Positions 22,762 through 35,015 of a DNA stretch of 64,000 bases are shown here, in pieces; position 1 is the first letter of the stretch; every line of letters begins with the position of its first letter. Under the pieces are notes generated by a model that saw only the letters and a list, made by a program, of their open reading frames with translations, had not been told where the DNA came from and did no database searches. Source of the DNA: Psilocybe cubensis (lineage: Eukaryota); assembly GCA_017499595.2 (NCBI GenBank), contig CM038998.1, positions 3,782,001 to 3,846,000 of the forward strand. The letters are read 5' to 3'. The translations under genes were made by a program, and so were the position numbers.

Positions 22762-25069
22762 ATGCATACAAAACAATCCCAAGGGGGCTCGATGCTAGAC
22801 GATAAAGGACGTACTCTAAAAAGGTCTTATAGTGATGCAAACTCTTCCTTCTCAGAAACAAGCTCTACTGGGACCAAACCCCAGCAAACCTCCGTCGTTG
22901 GTTCAGAATCTCGGCTCACAGATATCTCTCCTATGGCTTCGCTTGAATCGTTTTTGCAAAAGCCTTCACCTTTTTATAAAACGGCTCCTAACCACACACC
23001 TAGTGTCAAGACCAAACAGCCCCAACCATTTGATCTGCACCTGCACCCCCGTCTTCGCCTTAAGAAACTCGAAGTTCTTGAGCGCCTGCCAGACGTCTTG
23101 TCTCAGTACTGCGACAAAATCATTCAAGAGAGCTCTGATTATCTCTCATCGGCACCTCCTCTCCCGGGACCGAAGACTCTTCCCGATACTTTAGTTGACC
23201 CGATCGCAAACGAAGATAAGCTGGTTACCCAATACATTATAGACCATGAGGCACATTTGCGGGTCGCATCTGGACTCCTCTTCAAAAAGGGGTGGAAGAA
23301 AGTACTCAATATGGTCAAACCAGACCAGGATCGACACGAAGCCATTGCGGACGTTCTAACAACAATCAATAAACAGGTCAAAACCTCTTTGACTAGAGAG
23401 CAGATTTCGGATATCGAATTGATCCGCAAATACCTACTTGACGTTTTTGTTACCTTTGAATTCAAAAGTTTGGTGTGTGGCCCCCCGATTTTCCAAAGTT
23501 TGCGCCGCCTGGAGGGTGATTTTCCTTGGATGGCATGCGAAGAGAGGACAAATTCCAAAGATAGCTCTACCTCATGCGGACGACCTGGTCATCGTGTCGG
23601 CGGCTCGTTGATTACTACTGGCAGACTAACCACTCCTGATTCGGTTATCATCAAGAATCTCATTAATGAAGCCCAAAAACGCAACACAGGGTCTGCTAAG
23701 CGTCTTAAAGAAGACCTGGAACCACTTGCCCTGACCAACAAGAACAGTGTACTCTATCTCCTACAACAGGCGAGTAGATCTTTTTTTGTTAAGCTCACAT
23801 AAATTTTGGCTAAACTTTTTGTTAGTTTTGGGCGCAGCTAGTAGCGGAGGACTGTTCTGTGGGCATTCTATCTATTGGAAACGAAGAATTTGTTGCCTTT
23901 CGGGATAGGGATACACAAACGCTATTTATCTCTCCACTGATTGAATGCACAAAGAGCTGTAATCCAAGCCACTCAAAGATATTGGTGGCATGCTTCCTGC
24001 TTGGCTTCAATGACGCTTTGGATCGTGCCGGCCAGATGGAATTTCAACTTTCGACAGTAAACTTTTCTCATTGGGGATACAGGTTACCTTTGGACAAGCT
24101 ATCATTCTACGTGAAGTCGAAGCTTGGCGAGCGTATGTTGAAGATGTTACCACAACCCCAGTTGACGGATCATAACGCAGTAAGCAATGTTTGGAACCTT
24201 ATAGTGACTTTTTCTGAGGCGATGTTCACCTTTTCTTTTACAAAGGACATTATCCCAAAACTTGATAAAACTTCACAAATATCCTTGCGCTTCCACGACC
24301 AGACAATTTCCCGAAAACTTGGAGGTTCTCCACACCTCACAGCATGGAATTTGCAAAGACATGAATCGAAAGGCAATGCTAACAGTCAGCCAAAAAACGA
24401 CTATGAGGTCTTTCTTGACTTCAAACATGAGCCTTGCCTCTCAAAAAAAGGTTTTGTGGTTTATTTGGGTATCCTCGATAAAGGATCAAATATTCCATCG
24501 ACAAAGTACTACTCGCGGCCCTTGTACGTAAAGATGGCTCGAAACGCAGCGCAGGCCAAAACTCTAGAAAAAGAGTATAGCAATTACAGGGCCTTAGAAT
24601 CCAAAGGGCTCAAATCAGCTATAGTACAAACACATGGGCTTTTTGGAGCTGAAGGCCTTCCAGGCCATAAGTTTTTACTATTGGAGAATGGGGGGAAGAC
24701 AGCAACACAAATGACGAAGGCAAACCTCAAGCGACACAGGTAAGTAGTTACAGCATGGCTTTATCCAAACAATTCATTTTTTCATGTTTTACTATTATCC
24801 GGTATCTCTGCATCAGAAAAGCATATATGAGCGTTCTAAAACGTTTCCATAATGCAGAAGTCCTGATTGGGAATGTCGAAGATGGTCATATACTCATGGA
24901 TGATTGTAATCGAGTGACTGTGATCAGTCTCTCCAACATTTCTACTGATGCACCTACAAAAGAGGAAAAGAGAGAAGAAAAAATCTCATTTAAGAGAGCC
25001 ATAAGCTATAGCAAAGAACCAGAATCTGATTCACAGTCTAGTGATGTCGTAGATTTAGTAGAATCATAA
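22762..25069 (+). CDS. Gene E: PD-(D/E)xK restriction-endonuclease-like domain + pseudokinase (exons 22762-23769, 23826-24179, 24246-24739, 24817-25069)
   Basis: EAIADV...VTFEFKSL...LYLLQQ|FWAQLVAEDCSVGILSIGNEEFVAFRDRDTQTLFISP. Kinase N-lobe LYVKMA..EKEYSNY..THGLF..LLLENGG, but the catalytic loop reads LIGNVEDGHI and the DFG position reads SLS. Intron 1 has a GC donor; all three introns match A-D in position and phase. Confidence 0.78.
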
Positions 25070-25249
25070 ACTATCCCAATAATGCTACGAGCGTTCAACG
25101 TAATGTACTGTAGTAAGCACCACTTGACGGTGAGAACAAACAACAAGGTCAGATGATCGTGTATCTGTAGAACGGCGGTGTCACTAAACGTATGCCCCTA
25201 GTACTCCGCATACTACTACCACCTTTCTCTTACACAAATCTCACCGCGT

Positions 25250-27404
25250 ATGCCATCTGAAAAAGAAGACGAATTTCAGCCCATTCTCGACAAAGTCCTC
25301 AAAGCCAACTACAATGCTAAAATGAGACAATATTGGGAGGAACGTCCCGATGATCCTGTTCGATCCCCTTTCCGGTTCTATGATCGACACATAAGTTCCA
25401 GCGATTCGTTGCGCAACATTGTACCATTACCTTCCATTCCACATCTTCTATCCAAGACCTGTGACTCCGCTATCGAGGATTTCAAGGCGAAAGGTCACAA
25501 ATTTCCTCCCAATGAGCATGACCTGAATATACCTTCAGTTAAATTCACTGATTCTGCTAGTGTCGGAAAGCATTATCTATGGTACATCGGGTCGCTATGC
25601 ATTGCATATCTCTCGAAGCTACAAATTCATCCTCATACCGAATCCTGGCGATCTGTCTTTACCTTTAATTGGCATTTGGACACCGATACATTCTATGCAT
25701 CCAAAATATATTTAACGGTGACACTGGATGCAGAGGCAAGGGCAGTCAACCTAAACGACGAAATCAAAGGGAAACTATCGCAACCTACTCTCGACAATCT
25801 GACAGCACTTTTATTCAAGATGCCCAAGATGACTGCGTGGCACATGTTCCCCATGCTCGACACTTTTACAACAATATTTCATAATGTGACGAAGTATGTC
25901 GGTTCGCTGAGTTGGCCGATATCGCGGACCACTGGATACCGCTTCACAGCTCGAACGACTCCACCTCCCGATTCGAAGATTTTGACTAATATGCTGCCTG
26001 TTCCTGGTACGTATCGCAGAGCGAAATCGCAACTGGCCGGCGAACCTGCTTCGTATAGACAACGAGTTGAGAAATATAGCAAAACTATCAGCGTACCTTA
26101 TTCTACGCAACGCACACAATATCGCCCTGACTTTCGACATTATTTGCAGCATGTGAGTGTATTTAATTAGCTGCGATAGGTTGAGTACTGCTGACGTCGC
26201 GTGAAAGGCCTGGGCTGATGCTGTAATGCACGATATAACATTTATTGTCCTGCACTGTGGCCGTTATGAACGCATTGGTATTCGACATAGGGCATCCCAG
26301 ACCCTGTACTTATCTGGAGTAATTGATACAGTTAACATCAAAGACCCTCACTATCGGAAGATTCACATTGGCCTCTACATTGCCACCTTGCAAGACGCAT
26401 TGGAACGTATGAAACTCAGGAATTCTGCCGACGATAAGGTGGATATAAAGGGCAAAAAGCGTTCCTCGGTCAACGTGGATGATGCAGAGTCCTCTCGCCC
26501 AAAGAAAAGACGCAGAACATCCTCTTCTCCTGCATCGACCGATGTACGTGACTTCGTACTTTGCGGCTTACATTTCTATCTATGAATTTTCCCGCTCACT
26601 AATCATTTAGATTGGCAAATATCTCATCGATCGTAAACTCGCCCTCGTCAGCTTGGATTATGGCCCCTTCTCATCTTCCGTGCCCTCTTCATTCGTACGC
26701 ATTGGGGAATCATGCAAGCGTAAACATTCCCGGGAGGCTACAGACTGGGTCAAGGACCCAACAAAGCAGCGAAAGTATGCTGCACACGAATATTTTACCC
26801 TGACATTATTGGCGCCTTTGGGTGATGGTTCGGTCGGTGTCTCTCATCCTGCGCAGGCAGAAGTAATACTGGAGTCAGGAGAAGTCATCACAGAAACACT
26901 TGTTCTCAAGTTGGCTTTCAATGAAAAAACACAGAAGAGGATGAGACATGAGTTTGCTATTTATTGTCGAATGTCACGCGCGGGTGTCGAAGGGATTGTG
27001 GATGTTCATGGCCTATTTTTTGATGCGGAATCCAATACATTAGGTCTTCTCATGGCTCATGGCGGCGAAACGCTTCGAAACCGAGATATTGCGCGGACGG
27101 GGATATATGGCGATAAGATCAGTGGCACAGTTGCAGAAAAGTATGTGAAGCCTTCATCTTACGCGCCTTTATGAATTGCTAACATTACATTTGCATGGTT
27201 AGGAAGGCATTCGAGGATATTATCAGAAATATTAACGAGGCAGATATCAGCCATCATGACATCAGGCCTGAGAATATGACCATTCGTTCAGACGGCAAGG
27301 CCTTTCTCATAGACTTTGATAGTGCTCTTTATCATTCTCCCTTTTGGTCTGTGGAGGACCAATTGGAAAATTTGGACAATATCTTTCATAAACCTCTCTT
27401 GTGA
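25250..27404 (+). CDS. Paralog C of the REase-like/kinase family (exons 25250-26152, 26208-26543, 26611-27140, 27203-27404)
   Basis: Same structure and kinase motifs as A and B; starts 180 nt after the stop of E. Confidence 0.85.
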
Positions 27405-27735
27405 GTAATACCTTCATCGACTTGTTTGCCAACTGTGCTTGTAGCACCTACTTCGCATTCATGATGTTTATGCTATTATTTATCTACCTTGTTTTTTGAT
27501 GCATGCCCGAATCAATTTGCACAATTCAATCTCTTTTCACTTACATACTGTGATATTGTGCAGCAATCCGTTTGATCGCTGGCATGTAGCAGGGAAGTGA
27601 GGTTCATCACAATGACATCGGATCCAATACTGGTGGACTCATCATCAGGCCGTGGGAATCAACTTCCACCATACCTCCGGTTTTAGCACTCGTGAGCTTC
27701 ACTCTCCACCTCGTTAACAAACACGCGCCATACAT

Positions 27736-29872
27736 ATGCCACTCGGAAAGAAGGATACGTTCTGGAATGTTATTGACAACATTTTGGACGTTAACTACAA
27801 TCCTGGTATAACTCAACGCACGGGGGATCACTCTGTTGGATCTATTACATCTCCGTTGAAGTTCTACGATCGGCATATTGGACCCAACCATACTTTGCAA
27901 AATGTTGCACACCTCCCGTCTCTTCCACAACTTCTAGCCAAAACGTGTGATACTGCCTTAACGCGACTTCGACAAAAAGATCGCAAACTCCAGGCTGACC
28001 CATACCATTTTCAGCCGATCCCTCGTGCCAAATTTGGCGATGCTGAGAGTGTCAGATGGTATTATAGCGAAAATATTAGCGACATAGGACATTCGATGGT
28101 TTCAAAATTATGCTTCCACCAGCATGTTAAAGATTGGCCGTCCGTCTTTGAGCTTGTGAAGGAACCCTGGGATACCTTCTACATGTCGGAGGGATTCCTG
28201 AAAGTAGCCGAAGATTGGATGACAGGGACAATATATCTGGACGACGCATTGAAAGGAAAGCTATCGCAGTCAGACCAAGCTACTCTTCACTCTCTTTTAA
28301 AGAAGTTTCCCAAATTGGCCATCTGGCATGTGTACCCGATGCTTGATATATTTATGACAACGCTCAGCAAAACAACGGGGACTTTCAGCCTGCGTTGGGA
28401 AATCCCTCGCACCACAGGATATCGGCTCACAACACAAACATTTCCATCCCCTGATGGTGGTTCAGTGTCTCATAAACTCGGTATTCGCAACTTTGCTCGC
28501 AAAGGTAGCACGGGAGGTCACCCTCTAGAGAGGAGGCGCACGGTTAAAGGAGGGAAATCCGTCACTCGACCCCTTGCGGCCGATCGTGCACGTTATCGCC
28601 CTGAATTTCGTCACTATATACAACATGTAGGTACCCTCTATATCCTGCAGAGCTACAGAAGAAGTTCATTAATGTGTTTCAAGGCTTGGGCACAATCCGT
28701 TATGCACGACACAACATTTATAATACTTCATTGTGGACGTTACGAGCGTATCGGAATTCGGCATCGAGCGTCGCAGACTCTCTATCTCTCGGGTGTAATC
28801 GACACAGTAAACATAAAAGATCCTCGGTACCGGAAAATGCACATTGGCCTTCATTTTGCTATTCTTGAAGATGCCCTGGAACGTGTTGAAGCAGGCAAGG
28901 TCCAAGATAAAAAAACGGAGTTAAAATCGAAAAAACGCGCCTCGGAGGTTGAAAATGCCGAGTCTCTTCCTCAGCCAAAAAGGCAGCGGATAATGGATCC
29001 TTCGTCTGTGCCAAATGATTCATACGGTAATGTAAATCGGCTTTTCTGTAAAGTTCGGTGGTCAGAGTCTTATGTCTGTGTAGATTGGGGAACACCTGTT
29101 TAACCGGAAACTAGCCCTTGTAAGCTTGGATTATGAGGCCATGTCGTCATCTGTACCTTCATCATTCATACGCATCGGAGAATCGTGCAAGAGGAACGAC
29201 TCTTCTGAGGAAACAGACTGGACCAGGGATTTATCCAACAAGCGACAGTTTACAACAGACGAGTATTTTACTCTCAAGTTGCTCGCACCATTGGGTGACG
29301 GCGCAGTTGGCGTTGCCCACCCCGCCGTGGCTGAAGTTACGTTGTTGTCTGGAGAAGTCGTGAGACAAAATCTTGTCTTCAAGATGTCATTTACAGAACA
29401 GGGTCAGAAGAAGCTAAGAGACGAGTTCAACATTTATTGCCGTATGTCCCGCTCAAACGTCAAAGGAGTTCCGGATGTACATGGCCTCTTCCATGACGCA
29501 GAGTCTGACACATTGGGTCTCTTGATGTCAGATGCCGGTAAATCCCTCCGCCAAAGGGACCTCGAACGTACAGGAGTTTACGGCGAGAAAGTGCAGGGCA
29601 CATTAGAAGAAAAGTATGTACATCTTTTCCTATAATTTTATCAACCGCATTTTGACTAAGTTCCTATGTATCTCAGAGAGGCATTTGCAGAAGTAATTAG
29701 AGGCCTAGATAAGGCCTGGATCGCACATCAAGATATAAGAGCCGAAAACCTGACCATTGACTTGCATGGGAATGCCTTCATCATCGATTTTGACTGTGCA
29801 GAATACAATTCTATCTACGTTACTTTGGCCCACCAACTGCGACAATTGGACAATGTTTTCAAAGAGATGTGA
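27736..29872 (+). CDS. Paralog D (more diverged) of the REase-like/kinase family (exons about 27736-28626, 28684-29031, 29084-29613, 29677-29872)
   Basis: FYDRH, YIQH|AWAQSVMHDTTFIILHCGRYERIGIRHR, LGDGAVG, VFKMS, AHQDIRAENL, IIDFD. Confidence 0.85.
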
Positions 29873-30128
29873 AGCATGTGCTAAAATGCATGTCAATACA
29901 ATTCTCCCAATTTATTTACTTCAGTAGCATTTTACCTCATTAAATCGTTCACGGTGCTTTGTAATACTAGCACTATTGAATTACTTTTTATCCTTCTACT
30001 GTTGAAGCCTTCAGCACTCAGCTTCCAGACCCGGCATAAATACCTAATGAAGCGTCAAGTCCCTACATTCGTCCACAAGTCCATTCGTAACTCCTTGGTC
30101 TAATACACGGGTCATAGTACTTACTACT

Positions 30129-32049
30129 TTATTGGAAATCGTTATACGGATTATATGGAGGTGGTTCGTCGTTACGGTGACTGAGCATTGGGTGGGTCTC
30201 CTGGGGAATACAAGATCGCGTTCCAGAAGTCGACTGAAAAGTAAGGTTTACAAGCGTAGAACCTCTTTCCACCGATCTGGATATTCGCTCAGAGCCATGT
30301 ATATGTGACTGTCGCGATTCCGGGCCTTCGACGTCGGAAGTAATGCTCATTGGCGACGAAAGCTTTATCGACCTACGAGGATCATCGGAGTACAGCGTTG
30401 CATTCCCATCGGACCCGTCTTGCTGTTCTGCAGAAACTTCCTTCTCTTTTGGGGATTTATCAAGCTCATACCATCCCTTACTCTGACGCGCAGCTGGTGG
30501 ATATGCGGGGAGCGAAGAAGGACCAGCCACAGGCATGGGTTCTTTTTCTGGAGGAGGTGGGGTGAATTGATATTGATGAGTTTGAGACCCAATCGAGGCA
30601 AGCGCCTGAGAAGGCGGTATAGGCGTAAAGTTATTTTCCCAATCTCGTATTTCATCCGGCGGTTCTTGCATCGGTAGGGAGTCCTGGCCATGTTCTTCTG
30701 CAAATTAATGGTCAGTACAGAATCAAGAACGGATTGAAAGGTCGTCATAAGACTTACTGTAAAATGGCAAGAATGGCCGTTTTCGAGATCTCCTGTATAA
30801 GGCCAGGAGAGCTACGCACAGCGCAACTAGTCCAACCACAATTCCAGCAATCATTCCCCCAGATGAATTTGATTTAGAGAGATTACGATTGACTCCAATA
30901 CCTCCGCCGTTGTCCCCGCTGCTGGTGCCTCCACCATTACCGCCACCATCACCATTCCCTCCATTGCCGCTGTTGTTAGGTTGTGTAACCACTACGTTGC
31001 TGGGGCTGGATCCAAAAACCATAGAGTCGATCCAAAGGGCCTAATGCAATTAAATACGAGCTGGTCACGACCATTTATGAGCATCATACCTGTGAACCAC
31101 TAGTTTGTGTAACCGTAACAAGCAAAGTATGTGTCCCCGGTGACAGATTTTGCTGATAAAGTTGTTGAGAAAACAGCCATGGATTGTCGTCATCGTCATC
31201 GTCATTCCCGTCTTGACCAAAGGGCGCATACGTGCTTGTCTGCCCACCGTCCACAGAAAATGTAGCAGAAAGTTTGCCGGATACCTGCTGTAGTAGTCCA
31301 TAAACTGTCACAGAGGACCCTACCCAATAGATTAGAATATTTTGAGTATATTTAATCCCAATGACCGAAGTTTGACATACCGACGAACTGAACTTTCATT
31401 GTGTCTCCCACCGTGGAGCTCCCCGTTACTGTCCCTTGATAGGGGACGCCATTTTGCATTGAGGGAGCCGATTTGGTCCAATTACCCGAGAATTGCACGG
31501 ATTTGTCTGCATCATCAAGAATTAAATTGCTTGACAAAGTGGAGGTGGATGAACCGGGGATGTATGTGAGGTAATCTAGGCTAAATTGGCCGGCTGTTGG
31601 TGTAACTTGCAACGTATGTTGTCCTGAGGTCAAGCCTTGTACACTCCAGAAATTGGCACCAGCCTTGAAATAGTGGATGAGATCGCAGCTCTCCCAAGCA
31701 GAGCTTCAGAAATGTACCTTGCCAATGGCGTTGGAATTTATGATGGCTTGTAAAGCCGTTCCATTATCAACACTGTAGGTAAACGCGGCACTGTTCGATA
31801 TCGGGCCTCCGTACAAAGCAACACCAGTCCCTGTCATAGAAAGAGTTGAATCGTCGCTAGCGAGAACAAAACTGTGAAGTCGCGCTCACCGTCGAAGGTA
31901 AAGGCCAAAGACGGCGGGGACGATGTACGCCCCTGGCATGTGGTGATAGTGCGGTTATAGTTTGAGTTGTGGTTTTGGTACGACCATTGATTTCCTGAGT
32001 AAATGATAGCGCCTGTTTGCGCATCATCAACTATAGCAGGGAGGGACAT
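30129..32049 (-). CDS. Single-pass membrane protein with repeated 'DD...YSG.W' beta-rich extracellular modules, Gly/Asn linker, TM helix and cytoplasmic PPPY tail; multi-exon
   Basis: MSLPAIVDDAQTGAIIYSGNQW and LILDDADKSVQFSGNW repeats; GQHTLQV/GTHTLLVTV strands; TM MIAGIVVGLVALCVALLALY followed by RRSRKR; C-terminus EPPPYNPY. Confidence 0.75.
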
Positions 32050-33107
32050 CGATGAAAGGAAAAGAAGAAAGGCGAGAGAGGGTGTGGGGAATGAAAACTT
32101 GGAACCTGAGACCAGGCGTCACTTAAAAAGAAGTATAATTTGACCAAGACGTAAATGTCTTCTAGCTTGAGAGTCCCGGGTGCTATTGATAGCTTCCCGT
32201 ATCAATTCTATTCCCAAAACAACAATGTCGTTGAAGTTCGCATTCGAAGTGATTTTAAGATTCATGAATGTTGCACCGTCCGAAACCACCCTGAGCCTGT
32301 CACGTCGTTTTGCAGTAGTTAAATGAACTCTTGAGGAATAATATCGCTCCAGTCAAAGTCATAGGAGAGATATGCATGCTGGAAAAGTGTCTTCAAAGCA
32401 AGAGGTGACTCTGCGCCAAGCTGCGTATATCCCCGACGATGGAAATGCTTCTCTACGGTCCAAGTATGACCGGTGCGGAAAACCGCTCAAGCAAACGGCA
32501 CGGACAATTGGGTTCTAAGCACAGCCAACGGCGGTCTACCCACCTTAAATTGTGCTAATGGGTCCTAAGGGCTCTCACAGTGGGGCCCTGGTTTCCACTG
32601 TATAAGATAAGGTGTGTCAAAAGTGGTCCAGGTACGCACCTATTTAGCGCCAATAGAAAATATTGCTGTGTTGGACAGGAGATATTGGAAAACGAAGTAT
32701 TTCTTGTTCTGTGGTATACTGTAAGCACCTCGATAGCACACAGTTTTATGGAAATTTGTACGCGTTGCATGAGAAATATCCACTCGGCGAACCTATGCAA
32801 TCGTTTTGAACAAACTTTTATTGCATGATGGGATGGTAAACACAACACGATATAACCAAAACGACTGGTGTCTCCTGTGGAGCACACTACCTGTAAAGGG
32901 AAATTTGTCGATGACTATTGGTTCGGCCTTCATACCATAACGACCGGTGAACGATTGGAATGCACTTCTAATCTTTGGCAGATCGACAACATATCCTCAC
33001 GAGTTGAACAGGTACTGGCGTATATATGAGCGCTCAGATGAGTCGTTGTCGTTATCTCTCCGAAACGCATCAGATTAGTCAAAAGCCTTGCGCAAAAAGC
33101 CAACTTA

Positions 33108-33437
33108 CTAAATGTATAATCCCTCACTGTGTGACACATTTCTTGAAGGTAATTCCGAGATATGGGCTTCAACCTTAACTACAACTTTCCATGGGAGCAT
33201 TACTTGGCCAACATAACGGCCGTCTGGGTCATGACCTGGGCCGACACGGTATTCCTCCGCGTTGATTAAAATGATGTTGAGTGGCTTATCGGTGCCAGCG
33301 AATGTGCCTATGAAGACCCGACCGTCCGTAGTAGTAATTCGTAGAAGCTCCGTGAGTAGAGAGTGCAAGCGGGTCAGAGCAGAAGCAGGCGAAGATGGAG
33401 GCGAGGACGCGGATGATGGTGGTACAGAAGAAAACAT
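33108..33437 (-). CDS. MAK31: LSM-domain NatC auxiliary subunit (Mak31/Naa38-like)
   Basis: LRITTTDGRVFIGTFAGTDKPLNIILINAEEYR...RYVGQVMLPWKVVVKVE fits Sm1/Sm2 motifs of the LSMD1 type. Confidence 0.75.
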   Translation of the reverse strand: MFSSVPPSSASSPPSSPASALTRLHSLLTELLRITTTDGRVFIGTFAGTDKPLNIILINAEEYRVGPGHDPDGRYVGQVMLPWKVVVKVEAHISELPSRNVSHSEGLYI

Positions 33438-33578
33438 GGTCAGATCTAATCTGGGCAAGGTCGCGTGACTAATTACAGACACGTCACATCGCGTCCGGTG
33501 AAAAGGAACCCTCTTGATATTCTACCGCTATAATACTGTGACGGCCAACACACTCCTTTTTCGATGCCAGCCATCTAA

Positions 33579-34727
<1,149 letters not shown>

Positions 34728-35015
34728 CCTATGACAATGTAGAAAAAGTGAACACAGTTCTATCAAAGCCTATTTGCATTGTGACATGAATCCAACTCCC
34801 AAGTTAATAAAAGAGCGCATCTTTCGTACTTTTTCGTTTACATTGGGCGGAAGTGTTGCCCAAGCATCATTCGTTGTGTGAAAATTCATTTTACGTAATT
34901 TCATAGCGGGCTGCGACAGTCCCATCCAAATTTGTTCCTCACCTCCGACTTGCTTTCGTCTCCAGCTGGTTGATTCTGTTTGCGGGTTTAACGTTTAACG
35001 TTTCACATTTACACC

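Noticed and set aside
15475..29872. Naming the cluster genes as true Spok or FunK1 orthologs
   Set aside because: Only architectural similarity is visible; orthology cannot be shown without profile searches.
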